DNA of 64,000 nt from an uncultured Ignavibacteriales bacterium (GTDB lineage Bacteria > Zixibacteria > MSB-5A5 > GN15 > JAAZOE01), in assembly GCA_964611355.1 (NCBI GenBank), contig CAZSYD010000011.1, positions 1-64,000 on the forward strand. Reading direction: 5' to 3'. The notes beneath the pieces were generated by a model, which saw nothing but the letters and a program-made list of their open reading frames with translations, was not told where the DNA came from and made no database searches. A program made the position numbers and the translations under genes. Each line of letters starts with the position of its first letter. Position 1 is the stretch's first letter. Positions 42,132 through 50,790 of the stretch are shown piece by piece.

Positions 42132-45047
42132 TTACTTGAGAAATATCATTTTGCGAGAAACCGTCTCGCCGCTCGATGTCAACCGGTAGAAGTAAATCCC
42201 TGACGAAACGGTCGCCCCCGATGCGTCCCGACCGTCCCAGATTACCATGTGCCGACCGGCCTGGATAACGCCGTCAACAAGCGCACATACTTTTTGTCCG
42301 GCGATGTTATAAATAACCAGCGAAGCATGCTTTGAAGCCTTGAGGTTGAAGCTGATGGTAGTCGTCGGATTAAACGGATTGGGATAGTTCTGATCCATTT
42401 CAATCATCGAGGGCATGGCAAGACTTTCCTCTTCGGCGTCAAGCAGAAGGTCATATTCATCCATAGCCGCCCGGGCCTGCGCGCGCAAATCCTCGACCGA
42501 AACGCCCGCCACCATTGCCACGGCTACCTTCTCGCAGGCAAAGCCGTCAATCAGCGCGGCGGTGTGGGATACGACAAAGTACCAGTCCGCCGGTCCGTCT
42601 CCGTTGATTTCTATACCGGATTGATCAATCATATCATATTTTTGCAGCCCGGTGAAACCGGTTTTCCCTGAGTCGTCATTTGCTGCCGCCAGATAGGCGA
42701 ACTCGTTTGTTGAAAGTCCTACCATGCCGATATAATACCCGTTTCCGGCATTATACTGATAAATCATACCCATCATGGTATCAAAACCGATTTGATCGTT
42801 GTAACGATCGATATCAATGTCACAGAAGAGACCAACCGAGAGTCTTTCTATGCGCGACGGCGTCGGGTTGATTACATTAAACTCAATAATTACGAAATCC
42901 TGGCCCGTCCGATAGATCGACTGATTCACTTCCACCGGAATAGGGACAATGGCGTTATCGTCCGAGAAACTAAGATAGAGAGCCTCCTCGCCGGTTGTTG
43001 TCTTTTTCTCCAAATCCGGAATAAAATCGCTTTCCTTAAAGCCGCCGTCGGAATTCCTGACGGCGTCGGAGACCTGTTGTCCGCTGCGGCCGATTATCAA
43101 ACCGGCCTCGTACAGAAGATTGTCGCTCTGACCAAACCGGAAACCGGCTCCACCGGCCTGATATATGGAACTCAATCCGAATCCAAACTGACCGAAATCG
43201 GAAGCGGAAAAGCTGATGTTGTTGCTGCCGGCCGGGTAAATCTGTCCGGGAAGTTCATGCCCTATCACGATTGTATAGGTTACTGTATTTACGCTGATGC
43301 CGTTGGGCGGAACCATATGGACATTTATATCCACCGGTTGACCGGAAATCGCCTCAGGCGACACATGGAACCGAAACGGCGTCAGGCTGATGGCGTAATT
43401 GGAACCGCCGGCAAAATAAAAACGAATCGTATCGGGATATATTGATATCTGATCGGAAGCGGCGCCAAGCCATACGTCGATTGAATCCGTCATTCCACTG
43501 GGATCATTCAGGGTCAGGGACAAGTCGCCCTCTTCGCCCGGGTCGGCATAACTATCGCCACCGGAGCTTATGTAATGATTGTAAACCTGAAGCGGCGGGA
43601 TAGTCGGGTCTGAAATATAGTCAATAAGACGCGCGGCATCGATCAGCCCGTGTCCGTAGCTGTTGTCTTCGCCCGCCGGACCAAGATCGGTTGTCGCCGC
43701 CAGAAGAGCGTATTTTATCTCCTCTACTGTCGCCTCGGGATTGTATTGCCGAACCAGCGCCGCCAGACCGGCCACAAAAGGAGCCGCCATCGAAGTGCCG
43801 GACATTATTTTGTAGCCGCCATCTTTATAGGTGGAATAGATGCCGACGCCGGGCGCGACCAGTTCCGGCTTTATGGAGTTATCGCAGTTAGCAGGCCCGC
43901 GGCTGGAAAAATCCGCCACTACCAGTGTCGAAGCATCGATAGCGCCGACTGACAGAGCATTAATCGGCGAACTGGCCCGGTCGGCGGGATTCCTGATACT
44001 CCGTTCGGTCGGGCCCTCGTTGCCGGCGGCAAAGATAGTCACGATACCGGCCGCCTCGACATTATCGATAGCTGTCCAGAAAGTGTTGTCGCAATCGTCG
44101 AAAACGCCCTTGGGAACACCCCAGCTGTTGCAAATAACGTCAGGAACGTCGTCGGTGGTGGTAATATCGCCGTCCGGATTGAGAGCCCAGTCAAAAGCGT
44201 CGAGAATATCGGCGATGGTGGTATTGAAGTCCGCCCCCTGGTCTATAACGGCGGCGGAAATCCATTGCGCCCCGAAGGCAACCCCGATCGTATCCTCATC
44301 CGTTCCGCCCACCATAATACCCATGACATGCGACCCGTGACCGGCGCCGTCGTCGGGAACATCGTCCCCGTGAGGAGCAAACCAGGCCGCCTCGGAGGCG
44401 GCGCCGTTGTTGCCGCGCCATTTGGGGCCAAGAGCAGGATGGTCGCCGTCGACTCCGGTATCGAATGAGCATATAAGAGTCCCGGCGCCATTAAGACCGA
44501 TATCCCACAAAGACCGAACATTGATGGTTTCCAGGGCGGAATTGGCAAGAGATTTTTTGGCAAAAGCGTTCACATCGTTTTCATCGACCGGAGCAATCAG
44601 GGAAACGGCGCTGTTTGAATTTATAAGACGCAAACCGGGCAGTGGAAGAAGAGAATCGACATAATCGGCCCTGGCGCGAATCAGTACTGTTTTAGAAACG
44701 GTAAAAAACCTGTATGATTCAACTCCGCCGGACGCTTTCATCCGTTCCAGTTCAGGAATAAGATCATTCTCAAGATTTTCCCTGTTTCGGGAAAGGCGGT
44801 TCATCACTTCGCGATAATTGCCTGCTCTGTTTAACTTATCCCGACAGCGGCCAATCTTAAGCGCGGTAAGATCAAGATCATTTTCAAAACTGAGGAGAAG
44901 CTCTATATAAGAAGATGGGGAAGCTTTTCCGACGGCCGTTTTTACAGATTCCTGGACTACTATTGCCGATTGGGCCGGAATGGTCAAGAGAAGCGCTATT
45001 GAAAGAAACGTCAGAGAGGTCCGAATGGCCGCCTTATGGTTCATCAT
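42132..45047 (-). CDS. Secreted S8 subtilase with C-terminal FlgD-Ig/CTD-like domain
   Basis: Signal peptide; triad motifs FDTGVD, HGSHVMG, SGTSMAAP; AAGNEG; tail QNYPNPFNP...WDG...SSGIYFYRL. The GAGGAG RBS favours ATG at 45047/45044 over 45122. Confidence 0.92.
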   Translation of the reverse strand: MMNHKAAIRTSLTFLSIALLLTIPAQSAIVVQESVKTAVGKASPSSYIELLLSFENDLDLTALKIGRCRDKLNRAGNYREVMNRLSRNRENLENDLIPELERMKASGGVESYRFFTVSKTVLIRARADYVDSLLPLPGLRLINSNSAVSLIAPVDENDVNAFAKKSLANSALETINVRSLWDIGLNGAGTLICSFDTGVDGDHPALGPKWRGNNGAASEAAWFAPHGDDVPDDGAGHGSHVMGIMVGGTDEDTIGVAFGAQWISAAVIDQGADFNTTIADILDAFDWALNPDGDITTTDDVPDVICNSWGVPKGVFDDCDNTFWTAIDNVEAAGIVTIFAAGNEGPTERSIRNPADRASSPINALSVGAIDASTLVVADFSSRGPANCDNSIKPELVAPGVGIYSTYKDGGYKIMSGTSMAAPFVAGLAALVRQYNPEATVEEIKYALLAATTDLGPAGEDNSYGHGLIDAARLIDYISDPTIPPLQVYNHYISSGGDSYADPGEEGDLSLTLNDPSGMTDSIDVWLGAASDQISIYPDTIRFYFAGGSNYAISLTPFRFHVSPEAISGQPVDINVHMVPPNGISVNTVTYTIVIGHELPGQIYPAGSNNISFSASDFGQFGFGLSSIYQAGGAGFRFGQSDNLLYEAGLIIGRSGQQVSDAVRNSDGGFKESDFIPDLEKKTTTGEEALYLSFSDDNAIVPIPVEVNQSIYRTGQDFVIIEFNVINPTPSRIERLSVGLFCDIDIDRYNDQIGFDTMMGMIYQYNAGNGYYIGMVGLSTNEFAYLAAANDDSGKTGFTGLQKYDMIDQSGIEINGDGPADWYFVVSHTAALIDGFACEKVAVAMVAGVSVEDLRAQARAAMDEYDLLLDAEEESLAMPSMIEMDQNYPNPFNPTTTISFNLKASKHASLVIYNIAGQKVCALVDGVIQAGRHMVIWDGRDASGATVSSGIYFYRLTSSGETVSRKMIFLK

Positions 45048-45080
45048 GTCTCCTCGGCAAGTAGTTCCATGACCCCAAAA

Positions 45081-45096
45081 AGCAACCGTCATGCCG
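45081..45096 (-). promoter_or_regulatory. Putative sigma-54 (-24/-12) promoter of the S8 peptidase
   Basis: Minus strand CGGCATGACGGTTGCT, exact GG-N10-GC spacing and close to TGGCACG-N4-TTGCW, about 35 nt upstream of the start codon. Confidence 0.7.
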
Positions 45097-45332
45097 CTGC
45101 CGGAAGACGCGCTATTGACCATGAATCAGGCAATTTCTACTGCACGGACTATTCCGGTAGTAGTCTTAACCGACTATTTTACAGCAGGTTGAAACGTTGC
45201 CGGTAAGGGCCGAGGGGACTCGCAATATCGTTCATATTATGCAGACAGGTTCACAGGATGCCCGTATATGCATATATTTCTTATATCTTAATTGCTTGAT
45301 AAATAGTTGCCCCACCGGTTATATTTCCTGCC

Positions 45333-47468
45333 ATGACAAAGCAGGTAATCTCTCCTGTTTGGTGGCTGATACTGATTGCTCTGGCGGTCAAAACGGGGTA
45401 TTTGCTCTTTGGCTTGCCGGAGCCGTCGTCGCCGGAAGCTCTATCCGTAGATGCTCTGTATCATTACCGCTGGGCTTCTCTTATTGCATCGGGCGATATA
45501 TTCGCCAACGCGCCCTATTTCAGGGCTCCCCTGTATCCATTCATTCTGGCTTTTCTACTGAAGGTTTCCGGAAACAGCCTGATTTTTGTCCGAATCATAC
45601 AACTGCTTGCCGGGTGTCTCACGCTGCTTTTTACCTACTGGTTGGCCGAGAAAATATCAAACCGGAGAATCGCCGCCATTGCCCTTATCATATTACTTCT
45701 TTACCCGGTGATGACCTTTTTTGAGGGAGAACTGCTTCTTGATTCGCTCTTTTCGCTTCTCGCCCTGATATCGCTTTATTATCTCGTCCCCGATAACAAC
45801 CGTAACAACAGACCTATTTTGGCCGGTCTGTTTTTCGCTCTGGCGGCTTTGACCCGTCCGGTTGTACTTGTCTTTGTCCCGATTGTATTAATCTATTTAC
45901 TCTGTCGGGGAAAACGCGAGGAGAAATACGGAAACGGCCTCCGAGCCGCGGCGGCGTTTTTGTTCATAACCGTTATGGTCATCGCGCCGGTAACGCTGGT
46001 TAATTATATCCGCTCGGATCAGTTCATTCTTGTTTCGTATCAAGGAGGCGTAAACTTTTTTATCGGCAATAATCCGGATGCCGACGGTCTTTCAGCCAGC
46101 CTTCCGCCGGTCGGGCGTGACTGGAGTCTCGATGATGCCGCTTACTTCGCTTTTAAGGATACCGGCCATAGAATCCTGCATGCGGAACAATCGCGGCATT
46201 GGTACTTGAAGGGGATAAAATATATTTATTCCGACCCATCAGGGTTTATCAGACTTTTCGCAAAAAAATTCTATTTCCTATTTTCCGGACACGAGATTTC
46301 CAACAACCTGCCGCTTAAGGAGGCCGTCTTTGATAATGGTTTTTTGAAATGGCTGCCTGTCAGGTTATCTCTCTTGCTTTCTCTGGCCGTTCTGCCCCTC
46401 TTTTTCTATCGCAAAGATACAAGCCGATATCTTTTCTTATACTCCATCGTTTTGATTTACGGATTGACCGTTTCGTTCTTCTTTGTCACTTCGCGCTTTC
46501 GTCTGCCGTTAATCCCCGTCCTTGCTATTTTAGCCGCCATTGGCCTGGTCTCGATATATGAAGCTATACGATCCGGGCGGATTGGTTACCGCTTTTTCTG
46601 GGGCCTTATCTTCGCCGGAGGTATATATATCCTTGCCGGAGCCGGCCTTTATCAAGATTCGTCTTCCAATCCGCAATACGCCATGTTTCTCAGGGGAAAT
46701 CGTTCTCTCCGACAGGGTAATTACGAAGGTGCTGTCGCCTGTTTTGACAGCCTATCCCGCACGAAACCGTATTTCAAGAACACCTACCTTAACCTCGGCA
46801 TCGCCAATCTCAAACTGGGAAATACCGGTGCCGCCATTGAGGCCTTTCGAAGCGAGCTTGGCTGCAACCGCGCCTCCGCCGAGGCATATAATAACATTGG
46901 CGTAATTTCCCTGCTGCAAAGGCAGTATGATTCGGCCGCTGCCTGCTGCGAAAAAGCGTTGGATATCAAGCCGTATTATACGGAAGCGGCGGTGAATTAC
47001 CTGCGCTCCGCCGCAGGCATTACCGGCCCGGAACAACTGGACTCAGTGGAGATCAAGAGACGCAGTCTCAGGCTGTTTTTTGACGCCAGTCCGGTCTATC
47101 TCGTAGAAGAAGCTTTATATTTTACTAAAAACAGGCGATACGCCGAGGCCATCAATAACCATTTGAGGGTCATTGAAATCATTCGCCAACACAAACCGTC
47201 AGTTTCATTCGAATCGAAATTCAGCGTGCATGCATCTCATAGTCATGATAATCTTCTCAGGCTCGCCTGTTATCAATTGGGATATCTCTATGGCCTGATC
47301 GGCGAATACGAGAAATCGATTCAATTTTCCCAACGCGCGATTGAACTTGCCCCCAATATGAAAGATGCTTACATAAATCTTATTTCCGCTTATCATTCAA
47401 TCGGGGACCGCCGCCGAGCGGATTCGGTCATGGCGGTTTATCGTTCAATCTGGCCGGGCGACTTCTAA
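45333..47468 (+). CDS. GT-C (ArnT/PMT-like) membrane glycosyltransferase with C-terminal TPRs
   Basis: SVDALYH acidic loop, RAPLYP, LAALTRP, NFFIGNNPDADG, RFRLP; TPR motifs YLNLG, AYNNIG, AYINL. Confidence 0.85.
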   Translation: MTKQVISPVWWLILIALAVKTGYLLFGLPEPSSPEALSVDALYHYRWASLIASGDIFANAPYFRAPLYPFILAFLLKVSGNSLIFVRIIQLLAGCLTLLFTYWLAEKISNRRIAAIALIILLLYPVMTFFEGELLLDSLFSLLALISLYYLVPDNNRNNRPILAGLFFALAALTRPVVLVFVPIVLIYLLCRGKREEKYGNGLRAAAAFLFITVMVIAPVTLVNYIRSDQFILVSYQGGVNFFIGNNPDADGLSASLPPVGRDWSLDDAAYFAFKDTGHRILHAEQSRHWYLKGIKYIYSDPSGFIRLFAKKFYFLFSGHEISNNLPLKEAVFDNGFLKWLPVRLSLLLSLAVLPLFFYRKDTSRYLFLYSIVLIYGLTVSFFFVTSRFRLPLIPVLAILAAIGLVSIYEAIRSGRIGYRFFWGLIFAGGIYILAGAGLYQDSSSNPQYAMFLRGNRSLRQGNYEGAVACFDSLSRTKPYFKNTYLNLGIANLKLGNTGAAIEAFRSELGCNRASAEAYNNIGVISLLQRQYDSAAACCEKALDIKPYYTEAAVNYLRSAAGITGPEQLDSVEIKRRSLRLFFDASPVYLVEEALYFTKNRRYAEAINNHLRVIEIIRQHKPSVSFESKFSVHASHSHDNLLRLACYQLGYLYGLIGEYEKSIQFSQRAIELAPNMKDAYINLISAYHSIGDRRRADSVMAVYRSIWPGDF

Positions 47469-47483
47469 CCGGGATTAAGGCAC

Positions 47484-47512
47484 AAAAAAGCCCGCCTTCC
47501 AAGCGGGCTTTT
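47484..47512. terminator. Bidirectional rho-independent terminator
   Basis: AAAAAAGCCCGC-cttccaa-GCGGGCTTTT between convergent genes. Confidence 0.85.
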
Positions 47513-47558
47513 GCGTTTCCATTTAGTCTATGCAGTCCCGTGCCGACTATTAGAAATT

Positions 47559-49760
47559 CTAATCCTTGTCTCGCACCACCGGAGGATCAATAGCGATGCC
47601 CAGTTGCTGCAACAACTCGGGATGCTGTTGCGCCTCCTGTTCCACCCTTTCAAAATAATCCCTGATTTTCTGGTGGCGCTCAGCCAGGTTGTCCGCGGCG
47701 GAACCTTTGGCGAATATTCCCGGGGTTACTTTCGCCGCTCCCTGAGAACTCAGCCACTTGTTCGTCAACCAGCCCAAAACAGAGGTAAACAACTGCTGGG
47801 TTTGGGCCGAGTCGGTAGCGATCGGCGTAAAGGTAACTGCAACCGATCTCAGATCGCCAATCGACTGGGCCACGCCCATGACCTGACCGTTCAGAAGAGA
47901 AAGGGTTCCGTGTTTGGAGTGGTACAGATAAACCGCCGTGGCATTGCTGGTCCTCGTTCCCGCTCCAACCTCAGGCATGGCATCCAAAAACAGTGTGTCA
48001 ACGAAAGGAATCTGTCGGAAGTATTTATTCTTGTCCAATAGGTAATATCGTTCCGTCAAGTAATCGACGTTAATATCTATATCCGGGAATATCTCCGGGA
48101 CAAGAGAATAACATCCAATAAACTGCTGGTTCCAGACAGGTGGCTTATGGGGGGGCCGCACGACATTACCCAAACAATCATACAACCAGCCTTCATGGTA
48201 TATATGCGTCATACCGAAGTGTTCCGCGAAATCAGCCGAAAGCTCATAAATTCCCGGTAGCTTATCCTGGTTACCATCTGCAAGATTGCGGCCCATAAAC
48301 CACCCCGAAGATCCCATATCCATAGCAAAATAAACATGGCCCAAAAGACCAAAGGTCATGTTTTCCTCTGGTCCACCCTGAGCATCGTCATTATAGAAAA
48401 GCTGAACCTTATGCGACAGGAGATCGACCAGGTTGGGTTTTACGCTACCCCATTTCGGCGGCCCGATGTATTCTTCGTATGGCCTTGTAGTAAGAGAGAA
48501 ATAATCGGTGGTAACCTCAGGCGGATACCCTCCCTGCTCCACGACGTAATCAAATCTGGAGAACGTATCAAAAGGAGTATAGGCTCCAGAGTGGATGTCA
48601 TCCAGGGCGGCATTTATATAATTTTGGAAAATCCCTTTCACCAACTGCAGGCTGTCCGGGTACCACCGGCCGGCCACCTTGGTGTAATAGGTCTCATCAT
48701 ACACAGCCACATCCCGTTCAAACAACGCCTCGAGCACAAGAAATTGGCTGAAAGCCGGCGAGGGATCAGGAATAAAGCCGTCGTCACGGGAGCGAACCCA
48801 GAAGATGAATTTGAACTGGGTGGTTTTGGTAAGACTTTCCAAATCCTTGAAAACGTCATAAATAGTGACTTCCTCGTCCGTTACCCAGACGTCCGTGGAA
48901 TCCGTATCATATTGGGGGCCTTCCGAATGCACAAGCGGCTGCGGAAGATCGCCAACCGCCGTCGGAAGAGCATCCAGATCAAGAACCTGAACATCGATGC
49001 AACTGGTGAAGGAATCGGCGCTAGGGTCCCAAACGCAATTTTCTTTGGCTATATTAACGAAAATCTTCGCGGTATCGGGAAATGGTCCATATAGGCGCCA
49101 TTCGAATTCCAAAGGCGGTATCGCTCGACCCCAGTCGGTCGAATCGGCGCCGCTCCAGACAACCTGAATACCGGGCGCCGGAGATTTGTCATCCTTGGCA
49201 TTGATATAAACCCGGTTGCCGCGGTGGTGAGTATTGGGGTAATGGTTATTCCGGGAATACCGCCGCCATTTCATATCCGACAGGGCGCCCAGGTTATCCT
49301 GTGCCTGTATGAAGAAATACTGGTTAATAAAGGAATCAACCGGGTAATCGACATCAGCATACAATCGTACGGTGGCTGTTGACTGGGGATGATCAAGATC
49401 AACAGGCCGGTATTTCCAGCCAAACTGATCGTCGGTGGCTTGATCGGCAAAAACCTCAACCGAAACCCGCTGACCGTTTATCGTCAGCAGCGACTCTACC
49501 ACAACAGCGTACCGGAAAAAAGAGATAAAACCGTCGATGTCAGTCGCATACCAGTTCAAATCCGGATTGCGTGAAAACTGGGCGCCGTCCGGGGGCGTAT
49601 TGGCGATATATACTATGGGTTTCTGATTTTCAAAAGCAGTGCCCGATCGATCCGGCCCGCATCCGACAAAGACTGCCACGAGCAACAGGACCGAAACAGG
49701 TAAAAAGATAAGAATCTTTTGGGCCGAGAACATATTTTTTCCTTCCGCAGTCGTTGTCAT
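47559..49760 (-). CDS. Large hypothetical lipoprotein
   Basis: Hydrophobic signal with lipobox FVGC, Ig/FN3-like strands (WYATDIDG, FIQAQDNLG, FWVRSRDD); GAGGAG RBS. Confidence 0.75.
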   Translation of the reverse strand: MTTTAEGKNMFSAQKILIFLPVSVLLLVAVFVGCGPDRSGTAFENQKPIVYIANTPPDGAQFSRNPDLNWYATDIDGFISFFRYAVVVESLLTINGQRVSVEVFADQATDDQFGWKYRPVDLDHPQSTATVRLYADVDYPVDSFINQYFFIQAQDNLGALSDMKWRRYSRNNHYPNTHHRGNRVYINAKDDKSPAPGIQVVWSGADSTDWGRAIPPLEFEWRLYGPFPDTAKIFVNIAKENCVWDPSADSFTSCIDVQVLDLDALPTAVGDLPQPLVHSEGPQYDTDSTDVWVTDEEVTIYDVFKDLESLTKTTQFKFIFWVRSRDDGFIPDPSPAFSQFLVLEALFERDVAVYDETYYTKVAGRWYPDSLQLVKGIFQNYINAALDDIHSGAYTPFDTFSRFDYVVEQGGYPPEVTTDYFSLTTRPYEEYIGPPKWGSVKPNLVDLLSHKVQLFYNDDAQGGPEENMTFGLLGHVYFAMDMGSSGWFMGRNLADGNQDKLPGIYELSADFAEHFGMTHIYHEGWLYDCLGNVVRPPHKPPVWNQQFIGCYSLVPEIFPDIDINVDYLTERYYLLDKNKYFRQIPFVDTLFLDAMPEVGAGTRTSNATAVYLYHSKHGTLSLLNGQVMGVAQSIGDLRSVAVTFTPIATDSAQTQQLFTSVLGWLTNKWLSSQGAAKVTPGIFAKGSAADNLAERHQKIRDYFERVEQEAQQHPELLQQLGIAIDPPVVRDKD

Positions 49761-49770
49761 GACTTACTCC

Positions 49771-50751
49771 TCAAAAGGCTACACCAAATGAAAACCGGTG
49801 AATTTCACGCAAAAAGCCGAAATCCTGGTATCCATAATCTATTCTTATCTCACTGGCTTCTCCGAGCGGCCATTTCAAACCGGCCCCGGCAGTGAAACCA
49901 TCGGAATCGTAATTAAAACGGTTGCCAACTCGCACCGAGAATCGATCAAGATACCAGTACTCCAAGCCGGCGTTGTAGGTTTCGAGATTGTCCGACGGAT
50001 GCGCGCCCTCGACGCACAGGGTCGCCAGATTATCGGGACTCTCAACAAGATTGAAAGAGCCGCCGAACTTGAAATTCATCGGCAACGAGTACGTTTGCTG
50101 TATCATCTTCAAATCAGGACCGAAATTGACAATGCTGATGGCGATCTTGAATCCCCGATACCCGGTGTCATACAGCGTACCCACATCAGCCGCCCAGCCC
50201 TGAGCCGATTCCGTATCATAAAACTCGCCGATATATTTCAATGTGCCGCCGACGGAGAAATGCTCGGTCAGACTTCGAGCCACACTGACCGAAAAGGCGA
50301 AATCATAAGCCCTGAAAAATTCGCCTGTCCCCTCAGGATGAGAGTGGGTGGTTAAGGGTATGTCACCGCTATTGAGAAAATAAAAACCCAGCCCAAGGAC
50401 GCCGGCATACTCCTCAAGAGGAAAGGCGATTCCGGCAAACTCATAGGCGATGTCGGCCGGATAATCGACATGAGTAAACATCGCCTCATTGCCGAAAAGC
50501 TGGGTAAGACCGGCCGGATTATAATATATAGCCGACACATCATTAGCCATAGCGAGATATGCCCCGGCCATGCCTGTCGCTCGGGCTGAAACACCTATAT
50601 CGAGGAACTTAGCGCCGGTCGTGGCGACCTTCGCCTGACCATATGCACCGGAAGGCAACTGGACTGCCAACACCGCGGCCAGAAACAAAAGCAGCACCCA
50701 TCGTCCTGTCAAAAACTTCTTTATGCCTGACATTTGCATGCTCCCATTCAA
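49771..50751 (-). CDS. PorV/PorQ family outer-membrane beta-barrel
   Basis: FLDIGVSARATGMAGA...YYNPAGL, HPSD, RIDYGY, HRFSFGVAF. Confidence 0.85.
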   Translation of the reverse strand: MNGSMQMSGIKKFLTGRWVLLLFLAAVLAVQLPSGAYGQAKVATTGAKFLDIGVSARATGMAGAYLAMANDVSAIYYNPAGLTQLFGNEAMFTHVDYPADIAYEFAGIAFPLEEYAGVLGLGFYFLNSGDIPLTTHSHPEGTGEFFRAYDFAFSVSVARSLTEHFSVGGTLKYIGEFYDTESAQGWAADVGTLYDTGYRGFKIAISIVNFGPDLKMIQQTYSLPMNFKFGGSFNLVESPDNLATLCVEGAHPSDNLETYNAGLEYWYLDRFSVRVGNRFNYDSDGFTAGAGLKWPLGEASEIRIDYGYQDFGFLREIHRFSFGVAF

Positions 50752-50790
50752 TCTATTTCCAAGGGCGTGTTTTCATGGTTTATGAACTCA

